DNA from: an uncultured Spirochaetia bacterium
GTDB lineage: Bacteria; Oederibacteriota; PGYV01; Palsa-1178
Direction: 5' to 3'
Assembly: GCA_964565765.1 (NCBI GenBank)
Contig: CAZMGF010000001.1
Coordinates: 43,283 to 107,282, forward strand
Length of the DNA stretch: 64,000 nt
Position numbers and translations under genes: made by a program. The notes beneath the pieces are model-generated. The model saw nothing but the letters and a program-made list of their open reading frames with translations. It made no database searches and was not told where the DNA came from. Below are positions 40,258 through 47,778 of the stretch, piece by piece (within the stretch, counting starts at the first letter, position 1; each line of letters opens with the position of its first letter).

Positions 40258-40971
40258 ATGCGCTTTCTATCCAGACTATCGGCACTTCTCATGTTAACAT
40301 CCGCGTTTCTTCTGCTTTCAGCCGGCATTACCCTTATGTTTGTGCCCGACCTTGACGGGGTGGAAAAGGGATTTTTCATAAAGGTAAGTTCCAACGGCAG
40401 GCTCAAAAAAAGGTTTGTGTCCCCGCATTCGGAAAATTTTGTAAAAGCATCCGACCTCCCGCGCTATGTGTACGGCGCAATAATTACATCCGAAGACGAG
40501 GATTTTTACAGCCATAACGGGGTGAGCATGTCTGAAATTCTCGATGCGGCGCGCTATGACATCAGCCACGCGACACTGAAATGCGGCGGTTCCACAATAA
40601 CGCAGCAGCTTGTGAAAAACATTTATCTCTCAGGGGAAAAAAACATCGGGAGAAAGATAGTTGAGGCAGCCACGGCCCTGTTGCTTGAAAAAAAACTTAC
40701 AAAAAAGCAGATACTCAACTATTACATTAATATAATAGAGTTCGGCGACGGCATATACGGCATAAGGCAGGCGTCAGAGGCCTATTTTAACAAGCCGCCG
40801 GAAGCATTAACCCCGAAAGAAGCCGCCATGCTGGCGGTTGTAATGCCAAGGCCCAGGTCCAGGGGAATGGCGCTCTATGACCGGAAAAACAGGGAGTTCC
40901 AGAAAAAAAGGGTGGCCAATCTTTTGTACAGGATGAAGCAGAACGGGTATCTAAAAGAGGGCGGGGCCTAA
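40258..40971 (+). CDS. mtgA: Monofunctional biosynthetic peptidoglycan transglycosylase (GT51)
   Basis: N-terminal TM; ITSEDEDFYSHNGV, GGSTITQQLVKN and RKIVEAATALLLEKKLTKKQILNYYINIIEFG GT51 motifs. Confidence 0.85.
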   Translation: MRFLSRLSALLMLTSAFLLLSAGITLMFVPDLDGVEKGFFIKVSSNGRLKKRFVSPHSENFVKASDLPRYVYGAIITSEDEDFYSHNGVSMSEILDAARYDISHATLKCGGSTITQQLVKNIYLSGEKNIGRKIVEAATALLLEKKLTKKQILNYYINIIEFGDGIYGIRQASEAYFNKPPEALTPKEAAMLAVVMPRPRSRGMALYDRKNREFQKKRVANLLYRMKQNGYLKEGGA

Positions 40972-41081
40972 ATTCCGCGTGTAAACAAAAATCATCTTTC
41001 AGGCGTCCAATAATTATGGTTCAAAAGAACAGGATTTTGGGGTATAATGAACCCTATCAAAGACGTTATAAGGAGATGAAA

Positions 41082-42062
41082 ATGACCAGCCGCAAAATTA
41101 TTTTCCTGCAATTTATCCTCACACTTTTATTTTTAGCTTTTAATTCCCATGTTTTGGCCCAGAATTCGGGTTCCGGGTCCGACAACGCCGATTATTCCAT
41201 CGCTTACATAAATGATTTTGACGGCGATTGTAATATTTTGAGGGCCGGAACCACACAGAGAGAAGATGTAAACGAGTTATATACACCGCTGTATAAGGGA
41301 GACACGGTGGAAACCGGGCCGTCATCCAAAGCGGAAATAGTTTTTGACGATGAGACCATTGTAAAACTTGACGAGAGCAGCTCAATTGCCATAGCGGATA
41401 TCAACAGGGACAAATACAAAAAGACCCTGCTTGACGTAATACAGGGGTGTGTTTTTCTTATTGTTAAAAAGCTGGAGCCCGGTGATGAATTTCAGATAAA
41501 GACAAAAATGGCCATAGCGGCCGTTAAAGGCACTGAATTTGCCGTACAGGCAGGCATCACGGGCGGCGATGACCATGTGGCGGTTTATGACGGCAGGGTA
41601 AGGGTAGCCTCAATGGATAACAACGGGAATGAAAAAGAAAATACATTTGTCGATAAAAACAATGAAACAGTAATATCCGGACATGAAAGGCGGCTGATCA
41701 GGCGCTCCGGCTTAAGCGACAGGTTCGCAAGCAGAAGGGCCGAGCTAAGCGACCTGCGCGCCAGGATTATGGCAATGCGCGAACTCAAGAGGAACGGAAA
41801 AATCAGGGAATTTAAATATAACAGAAGGCTGGAGCATATCCAGAAAATGAAACAGCTCAGGAACAACCCGGCAGTTTATAATAAAATGGACCGGATGCAT
41901 AAGGCAAGGATAGAAAAGATTATAAAACGCGAAGACATGTACAAGGCTGCGATTAAGAGAAGAAATGATGAGGTCAAACAGAATCAACAGGGCGGCGATA
42001 ATGACCACGGCCGCGACCAGGACCAGGATCAGAAGGACAAGCACCGCGGCTGGCACCTGTAA
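41082..42062 (+). CDS. Secreted FecR-domain protein with a highly charged Lys/Arg/Asp/Glu-rich C-terminal tail
   Basis: Signal peptide; FecR-like region FQIKTKMAIAAVKGTEFAVQAG; C-terminal about 120 aa low-complexity ...KRNGKIREFKYNRRLEHIQKMKQLRN...GGDNDHGRDQDQDQKDKHRGWHL. Confidence 0.5.
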   Translation: MTSRKIIFLQFILTLLFLAFNSHVLAQNSGSGSDNADYSIAYINDFDGDCNILRAGTTQREDVNELYTPLYKGDTVETGPSSKAEIVFDDETIVKLDESSSIAIADINRDKYKKTLLDVIQGCVFLIVKKLEPGDEFQIKTKMAIAAVKGTEFAVQAGITGGDDHVAVYDGRVRVASMDNNGNEKENTFVDKNNETVISGHERRLIRRSGLSDRFASRRAELSDLRARIMAMRELKRNGKIREFKYNRRLEHIQKMKQLRNNPAVYNKMDRMHKARIEKIIKREDMYKAAIKRRNDEVKQNQQGGDNDHGRDQDQDQKDKHRGWHL

Positions 42063-42300
42063 CTGCGCTTAAATTTAGGGGCGGCCCGGTTTTTAATAAG
42101 TAGAGCCGCTGCTTGCTGCGGCTAAAACATGGCAGGCGGGCCTTTTTTCCGGCCGTCCGTCAACTGGACACACTTGAGGTATTCCGGAAGAAAAACCGGA
42201 AGTATTATTATAGTTTTACCTTTGCGATATTTACACGGGCCTTATTGTTGACGGAACGTCCTCCAAAAAGTTCCGCCTGCCATATTTAGCGCGTTTCTTC
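42063..42300 (+). repeat. Intergenic repeat copy B (about 230 bp) with REP-like GTAG-hairpin and 11-12-bp terminal inverted repeats atggcaggcgg / ccgcctgccat
   Basis: aGTAGagccgctgcttgctgcggct (42100-42125); IR arms 42129-42140 and 42283-42293; about 85% identical to copy C (44884-45070). Confidence 0.75.
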
Positions 42301-42485
42301 TTACTGCCTCTCAGCGCAGCATTAAAAAAAACAACAGCCGGTTAAAACCGGCTTTTTGCTTTTATAGTGAAAAAATAACTGGTGGAAATATTTTCTGTTG
42401 ACCCGGGGCTTTGACGGGGGTAATATATGCATTATTGCCGCAGTATATCAGGCCGGCTTTATTTTATTATATTAAGGAGGGGAAT

Positions 42486-43040
42486 GTGGAAAACAATATC
42501 AAGCAGATTGCCGAGAGAATCAGGACCTTAAGGGAAATCGATGGTGAATCAATAGAGTCGGCAGCAAAGGCTCTGGGCGTAAAGAAAGAGGAATACGAAG
42601 GCTATGAAAGCGGAAAATCAGACATACCGGTGAGTTTTTTGTATGAAATAGCCGGCCGCTACAAAGTGGAACTTACAGCCCTTTTGACCGGCGGCGAGCC
42701 GCATATGAACACCTTTTCCATAGTAAGGAAAGGTTCGGCTCCCAAAGTCGAGAGGTCAAAGGAATACTCCTACCAGGACCTGGCCTATAATTTTAAGCAT
42801 AAGAAAATGGAGATATTTGAGGTTACTGCAGGGCCAAAACCCGGTGATGTTGCCGGCCATTACAACGCGCACCCGGGCCAGGAATTCAATTACTGCCTTG
42901 AAGGTGAGATAAAAATATTCATCGGAAAAAATGAAATGATACTTAAAACCGGGGATTCTATTTATTTTGATTCTGGAATACCGCACGCAATGGTTTCATT
43001 AAACAATAAACCCGCTAAATTTTTAGCGGTCATATTATAG
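42486..43040 (+). CDS. XRE-family HTH plus cupin-domain transcriptional regulator
   Basis: N-terminal [28 protein letters not shown]; C-terminal cupin fold ([21 protein letters not shown]...GIPHAMVS); GTG start 6 nt after AGGAGGGG. Confidence 0.65.
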   Translation: MENNIKQIAERIRTLREIDGESIESAAKALGVKKEEYEGYESGKSDIPVSFLYEIAGRYKVELTALLTGGEPHMNTFSIVRKGSAPKVERSKEYSYQDLAYNFKHKKMEIFEVTAGPKPGDVAGHYNAHPGQEFNYCLEGEIKIFIGKNEMILKTGDSIYFDSGIPHAMVSLNNKPAKFLAVIL

Positions 43041-43050
43041 GAGGGTGGAA

Positions 43051-44730
43051 ATGGCCGAAAACAACGCTAAGGGGACGGACCTGCTTGACATATACGCTCC
43101 CGGGCAGTTTTCTTCATACGAGGATTTTTATAAAAATTTTAAGGTAAACATACCGGAAAATTTTAATTTTGGCTTTGATGTTGTGGATGCCATGGCAGAA
43201 AAAGCGCCGGAACAGCCGGCCGTTGTATGGTGCGATGATAAAGGCTCGGAAAAGAAATTTAATTTCAGGGAAATTATGGAAAACTCCAACAGGGCGGCTA
43301 ACGCCCTGAAAAAGCTCGGAATAAAAAAGGGCGATGTGGTAATGCTGATTTTGAAGCGCAGGTATGAGTTCTGGTTCATATCCGTGGCGCTGCACAAGAT
43401 AGGCGCCGCCTGCATTCCGGCCACGCATCTGCTCACTGTAAAGGACCTTAAATACCGCAACAACGCCGCGGGAATAAAAATGATAATCAGCGTGGGCGAA
43501 AATACAATTATGGACGCCATTGATGAGTCACAGAAAGAATCAAAGACGCTTACGATAAAGAGCTGCATCGGCACTGACAGGCCGGGCTGGGTGAATATGT
43601 CAAAGGCAATTGAGGCTGAAAGTCCGTTGTTTTCAAGGCCCGCCGGCGCTGAAGCGACTGTGAACAGCGATATTTTTCTCCTCTATTTTACTTCGGGAAC
43701 CACAGGAATGCCCAAGATGGTGCGCCATAATTATATGTACCCGCTCGGCCATATAATAACCGCAAAATACTGGCAGCGCGTCCAGGCAGGCGGGCTCCAT
43801 TTTACCGTGGCCGACACGGGCTGGGCAAAAGCGGCCTGGGGGAAGATTTACGGGCAGTGGATATGCGGCTCGGCCGTTATGGTATACGATTATGACAGGT
43901 TTGTTCCAAAAGAAATGTGCAATGTGCTGGCGAAATATTCTGTGACCACATTCTGCGCGCCGCCCACAATATTCAGGTACCTTATAAAAGAGGACCTTTC
44001 GCAGTATGATTTTTCCGGCTTGAAGTACTGCATTACAGCGGGAGAGCCGTTAAACCCCGAAGTTTACAGCCAGTTTCTCAAAATGACAGGCCATAAGCTC
44101 CATGAAGGTTTCGGCCAGACCGAGTGCACCGTGGCAGTGGCGACATATCCGTGGATGGACCCGAAACCGGGCTCCATGGGAAGGCCGGCGCCGGGATATG
44201 ACATTGACCTTTTTGATGAGAATGGAAAACCAGTGGAGACGGGTGAAGAGGGGCAGATAGTGATTAAAACCGACAAGAGCAAGCCGGTTGGAATGTTCGA
44301 CGGATATTACCGCGATGACCAGCTTACAAAAAGGGCATGGCATGACGGCGCTTATTATACGGGCGATGTGGCCTACCGTGACGGCGACGGATATTACTGG
44401 TTTGTCGGAAGGGCAGACGACTGCTTTAAAAGTTCGGGTTACAGGATAGGGCCATTTGAGATTGAGAGCGCGCTTCTGGAACACCCGGCGGTGCTTGAGT
44501 GCGCGGTTACAGGCGTGCCCGACCCTGACAGGGGGCTGGCTGTAAAGGCTACTGTGGTCCTTACTAAAAATTACACAGCGTCAGACGCTCTGGTAAAAGA
44601 ACTGCAGGAGCATGTTAAAAAGGTGACGGCGCCTTACAAATATCCGCGCATAATAGAGTTTGTAAAGGAGCTGCCGAAGACTATAAGCGGCAAGATAAGA
44701 AGGATAGAGATAAGGGGCGAAAACAAATAA
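43051..44730 (+). CDS. AMP-dependent synthetase/ligase (medium-chain acyl-CoA synthetase-like)
   Basis: AMP-binding motif [15 protein letters not shown]; YGQTE and [13 protein letters not shown] motifs; C-terminal [10 protein letters not shown]. Confidence 0.85.
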   Translation: MAENNAKGTDLLDIYAPGQFSSYEDFYKNFKVNIPENFNFGFDVVDAMAEKAPEQPAVVWCDDKGSEKKFNFREIMENSNRAANALKKLGIKKGDVVMLILKRRYEFWFISVALHKIGAACIPATHLLTVKDLKYRNNAAGIKMIISVGENTIMDAIDESQKESKTLTIKSCIGTDRPGWVNMSKAIEAESPLFSRPAGAEATVNSDIFLLYFTSGTTGMPKMVRHNYMYPLGHIITAKYWQRVQAGGLHFTVADTGWAKAAWGKIYGQWICGSAVMVYDYDRFVPKEMCNVLAKYSVTTFCAPPTIFRYLIKEDLSQYDFSGLKYCITAGEPLNPEVYSQFLKMTGHKLHEGFGQTECTVAVATYPWMDPKPGSMGRPAPGYDIDLFDENGKPVETGEEGQIVIKTDKSKPVGMFDGYYRDDQLTKRAWHDGAYYTGDVAYRDGDGYYWFVGRADDCFKSSGYRIGPFEIESALLEHPAVLECAVTGVPDPDRGLAVKATVVLTKNYTASDALVKELQEHVKKVTAPYKYPRIIEFVKELPKTISGKIRRIEIRGENK

Positions 44731-44768
44731 CCGGCCCGGGTATATACAAAATAAAAAAGGCGCGGGAA

Positions 44769-44795
44769 AACCGCGCCTTTTTTATTGAAGAATTA
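44769..44795 (+). terminator. Rho-independent terminator after the acyl-CoA ligase gene
   Basis: GGCGCGGgaaaaCCGCGCCtttttta. Confidence 0.7.
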
Positions 44796-44839
44796 ATGCA
44801 ATAAAAAAAGGGTTAAAACGTCTATAGTATTGTAGAAGA

Positions 44840-45105
44840 AAACGAGTAGGGGCCGCCCCATGTGGCGGCCCCGGTAGAAACTGTAGAGCCGCTGCTTACT
44901 GCGGCTAAAACATGGCAGGCAGGCCTTTTTTTTGGTCGTCCGTCAACCGGACACACTCGAGGTATGTCGATAGAAAAAGCCGAAAGTGTTATTATAGTTT
45001 TACCTTTGCGATATTTACGCAGGCCTTATTGTTGACGTCCGGCACAAAAAAAAGTTCCGCCTGCCATATTTAACGCTGTAGGGGCCGCATTATATGGCGT
45101 CCCAA
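44840..45105 (+). repeat. Intergenic repeat copy C (about 230 bp), direct repeat of copy B; flanked by two REP-like GTAG-hairpins
   Basis: aGTAGgggccgcc-ccatgt-ggcggcccc (44845-44872); gGTAGaaactGTAGagccgctgcttactgcggct; IR arms 44911-44922 / 45057-45067; tGTAGgggccgcattatatggcgtccc (45077-45103). Confidence 0.75.
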
Positions 45106-45162
45106 AATATGGCACGCAGCGTTCCGGCACTGTTAATTAACAAACATAAAAAAGGCAGGACA

Positions 45163-45690
45163 ATGGAAAAAGCGTTATCAACGGGCGTGACAGGTTTTTT
45201 TTCCAGAGAATACGGCAAGATGGTGAATTTTATCAGGAAACGGCTGAACGACTCTTCCTACCGTGACGCCGAGGATATTGTACAGGACGTTATGGTGAAA
45301 ATATTTGAATCTGCCGATATAAATGTGCCGCTTGAAAAATTATCGGCTTATATATATACGTCGCTGCGAAATAAGATTGTGGATTCTATTAGGGCCAGAA
45401 AAGGAGCCCTGGCGCTCGATGAAATATCAGAAAAAGAGGAATTTTCCCTCACAAAAATGGTGGCCGGAGCGGACAAGGACCTTGAGAACAGGGAATTCAC
45501 CGGCGTGCTGTATGAGGCCATAGAGTCGCTTGGCGAGGACGAACGTGAAATAGTTGTGCTTACGGAATTTGAGGATATTTCTTTCAGGGAACTTTCCGAA
45601 GAGTGGGGTGAACCTATAGGCACCCTGCTTTCAAGAAAGGCCCGGGCAATGGAAAAGATCAGGGAAACATTAAAAAAAGGAGGTGTTTGA
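45163..45690 (+). CDS. RNA polymerase ECF-type sigma-70 factor
   Basis: Region 2 YRDAEDIVQDVMVKIF and region 4 FRELSEEWGEPIGTLLSRKARAMEKI; about 175 aa from ATG 45163 (longer ORF start lies inside the repeat). Confidence 0.7.
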   Translation: MEKALSTGVTGFFSREYGKMVNFIRKRLNDSSYRDAEDIVQDVMVKIFESADINVPLEKLSAYIYTSLRNKIVDSIRARKGALALDEISEKEEFSLTKMVAGADKDLENREFTGVLYEAIESLGEDEREIVVLTEFEDISFRELSEEWGEPIGTLLSRKARAMEKIRETLKKGGV

Positions 45691-45691
45691 A

Positions 45692-46123
45692 ATGGAACAC
45701 AATGGCATGGAAGGGCGCGGCTGCGAGCATGGGCATGACTGGCCGGCTTTGAGGATCCTTAAGGTTGTGGGAATGGTAATCGGCGGGCTTTTTATTGCCG
45801 TGGTTTTCGGGTTCCTGTTCGGATATTTTGTAATGAAGCTCTGGAACTGGCTTATGCCTGATATTTTCGGACTGAAAACAATAGGTTACTGGCAGGCTTT
45901 CGGCATAGTGGTGCTGGCAAAAATGCTCTTCGGCGGATCTCACGGATCCCATTACAAGCATCATGGCGACAAATGGCGCCGCAGGCCATGGAGGCACATG
46001 CACGGCGGGGAATGGGCGCCGGGCGGGGATTATTCCAACTGGAAATATTACGAGGATTACTGGAAGAGCGAGGGAAAAGCCGCTTACGAGGCTTACCTTG
46101 AGAGGATAAAAGGGAACAAATAG
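45692..46123 (+). CDS. Two-TM membrane protein with His/Trp/Arg-rich cytoplasmic tail, translationally coupled to the ECF sigma gene (candidate anti-sigma or metal-sensing partner)
   Basis: AAGGAGG 7 nt upstream of ATG that follows the sigma stop by 1 nt; GSHGSHYKHHGDKWRRRPWRHMHGGEW tail. Confidence 0.5.
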   Translation: MEHNGMEGRGCEHGHDWPALRILKVVGMVIGGLFIAVVFGFLFGYFVMKLWNWLMPDIFGLKTIGYWQAFGIVVLAKMLFGGSHGSHYKHHGDKWRRRPWRHMHGGEWAPGGDYSNWKYYEDYWKSEGKAAYEAYLERIKGNK

Positions 46124-46149
46124 CCGTAAAAACAAGGAAACCGCAAAAA

Positions 46150-46176
46150 GCCGGGGCCAAAACCCCGGCTTTTTTA
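46150..46176 (+). terminator. Rho-independent terminator
   Basis: GCCGGGGCcaaaaCCCCGGCttttttatttg. Confidence 0.7.
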
Positions 46177-46177
46177 T

Positions 46178-46206
46178 TTGTATTTATCGCCCCTTTTGTT
46201 TATAAT
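46178..46206 (+). promoter_or_regulatory. Sigma70 promoter TTGTAT-17-TATAAT for the lipoprotein gene
   Basis: ttgtatttatcgccccttttgttTATAAT. Confidence 0.4.
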
Positions 46207-46247
46207 TAAATATCTTAAATGGAACAAAAAAAGAAACAGGGATAAAA

Positions 46248-47072
46248 ATGAAAAAACTCGCTCTGGTCATAGCCGCAGGATTTCTGCTGGTTTCATGTTC
46301 GAGCCGCCACAATCCGGCGGTTTCCCCTTTTTCGCCGGCATATTACACAAACACCGGAAAAATAAAGAGCTCTACCGTTACAACATATATCATATCTTCG
46401 ACAACCGCCGGGACATATTATTATGACTCCTCCGGAAATATTCAGAGAATAGACAACACAGTGTCTTCAATCCCTTCAGGGTCCGTTTTTTACCAGTATA
46501 CCGGTTCCGGCATGGTATCCTTTATAGGCAATCCGCAGTGCGTGACCCAGAACGGCAATGAATCTTTTTCGTATGACTCCTCAAACAGGCTCAGTGTGAT
46601 GAATTTCACGGCCACATACACGACAACATCCAATGATGTTCAGACGCTGAATTACGGGGGCGACGGCTATGTGGATACTATAAATGAGACGCAGAACGGG
46701 GCCACGGCATGCTACAGGGTGATAACAAGGGACGCTTATGGTTTTATAAACAGAGAGGATATTTACCCGAACCCTTCCTCCACTACGGAATTCGGTTATA
46801 TAACTTTTACGCGGGACGACGCCGACAAGATTGTTACTGAAAATATATTCATCGGTGCGGTTAATATGCTTACTGTATCCGCTGTTTATGATACGTCCGG
46901 ATTTATTTCACAACTGAATTATTCGGTTGGCGGGTTGCCGGTCATAAGCCAGAGCTTTGTGACCCAGAGCGGGCCGTTTGCGGCAGCGGGCTTAAACGGA
47001 TATTATTATACTGATAAGGACCTTTTCGGCCTTGCACACGATACGGTAAACGCGGGAAGCGCCGGGCAATAA
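46248..47072 (+). CDS. Ser/Thr/Tyr-rich lipoprotein of unknown function
   Basis: MKKLALVIAAGFLLVSCSS lipobox; no recognisable domain. Confidence 0.55.
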   Translation: MKKLALVIAAGFLLVSCSSRHNPAVSPFSPAYYTNTGKIKSSTVTTYIISSTTAGTYYYDSSGNIQRIDNTVSSIPSGSVFYQYTGSGMVSFIGNPQCVTQNGNESFSYDSSNRLSVMNFTATYTTTSNDVQTLNYGGDGYVDTINETQNGATACYRVITRDAYGFINREDIYPNPSSTTEFGYITFTRDDADKIVTENIFIGAVNMLTVSAVYDTSGFISQLNYSVGGLPVISQSFVTQSGPFAAAGLNGYYYTDKDLFGLAHDTVNAGSAGQ

Positions 47073-47102
47073 AAAATTACAAAAACGGACAAAGGAAAAA
47101 AC

Positions 47103-47131
47103 TTGACTTTATAGTATACAAAGTGTATAAT
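47103..47131 (+). promoter_or_regulatory. Consensus sigma70 promoter TTGACT-17-TATAAT
   Basis: ttgactttatagtatacaaagtgTATAAT, about 85 nt upstream of ATG 47217. Confidence 0.5.
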
Positions 47132-47216
47132 ATAATCGAAATGAAACATACAGCACGAGCCGCGGCCTGGAGTGGGCGCGGTAATTTATTCCCGGTAAAA
47201 AAATGAGGGGGATTTT

Positions 47217-47492
47217 ATGGAACAGAACGAAGCGGTATTTTCAAAAGCAGTAAACGCAGGGAAGAAAAAGTATTATCTTGATGTAAAGAAAGCCAGGAAT
47301 AATTCGATGTACCTCAGCATAAGAGAAGTAGCTTTTGGCGATGAGGCAGGCGGAGGCAATCCGAGAAAAGTTATAATTTTTTCGGACGCCATCAGGGAAT
47401 TCGCCGCGGCTTTTGACGAGGCCAAAAAATTCGTGCCGGCAAAGGAAAAGGAAGCCGCGGTAAAACAAAAAGAGGCGGCACAGGCAGTTTAA
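47217..47492 (+). CDS. DUF3276 (bacterial PurA-like, nucleic-acid-binding) small protein
   Basis: FSKAVNAGKKKYYLDVKKARNNSMYLSIREV resembles the PUR-repeat-like core of DUF3276 (AG-R-YFFDVK...YL-ITE); Lys/Glu/Ala-rich tail. Confidence 0.45.
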   Translation: MEQNEAVFSKAVNAGKKKYYLDVKKARNNSMYLSIREVAFGDEAGGGNPRKVIIFSDAIREFAAAFDEAKKFVPAKEKEAAVKQKEAAQAV

Positions 47493-47520
47493 AATACAGC
47501 TAAAAACAACTTTTAAAAAA

Positions 47521-47556
47521 GGGCGGCAGGCCGGGAACTGCCGCCCCTTTTTTTTA
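47521..47556 (+). terminator. Rho-independent terminator
   Basis: GGGCGGCAGgccgggaaCTGCCGCCCctttttttt. Confidence 0.75.
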
Positions 47557-47698
47557 TAGAACAAGAGCTTGCAGAAAGGAGATAGGAGAGAGGAGATGGC
47601 AAAAATCACCGCGTTTTCCCGTAAAAACTTCCGCAGTGAACCGGTTTTAAGCAATTGGCTATTTTTCACATTATTTTAAGCAACAAAGGCATATAAAA

Positions 47699-47728
47699 TT
47701 TGTCAAAAATATGGAGCTGTGATATACT
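47699..47728 (+). promoter_or_regulatory. Sigma70-type promoter TTGTCA-18-TATACT upstream of the GH8 gene; the element AACGTTAAAACGGTTAAAT (rc of 47742-47760) lies between -10 and RBS
   Basis: ttgtcaaaaatatggagctgtgaTATACT; downstream tttaaccgttttaacgtt. Confidence 0.35.
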
Positions 47729-47778
47729 TTTAATGTAGAATTTAACCGTTTTAACGTTCGCCCAGGAGATTGCGGCAT

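Noticed and set aside
42040-42062. Possible sigma54 promoter TGGCAC-N6-CTGC at the 3' end of the FecR-domain gene
   Set aside because: GG-to-GC spacing is 11 rather than 10, TTGC is replaced by CTGC, and the site lies inside a coding sequence. Judged coincidental.
42333-42362. Hairpin CCGGTT-aaaa-AACCGG plus T-run upstream of the cupin regulator gene
   Set aside because: It looks like a rho-independent terminator, but it lies 120 nt upstream of a start codon inside repeat copy B. It probably terminates read-through from the repeat or upstream gene rather than being a distinct regulatory element. Not listed separately.
45094-45162. Longer start for the ECF sigma ORF (MASQNMARSVPALL...)
   Set aside because: This segment lies inside the REP-like repeat (the hairpin GTAGgggccgcattatatggcgtccc contains the ATG). 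ECF sigma region 2 starts about 30 aa after ATG 45163, giving a normal length of about 175 aa.
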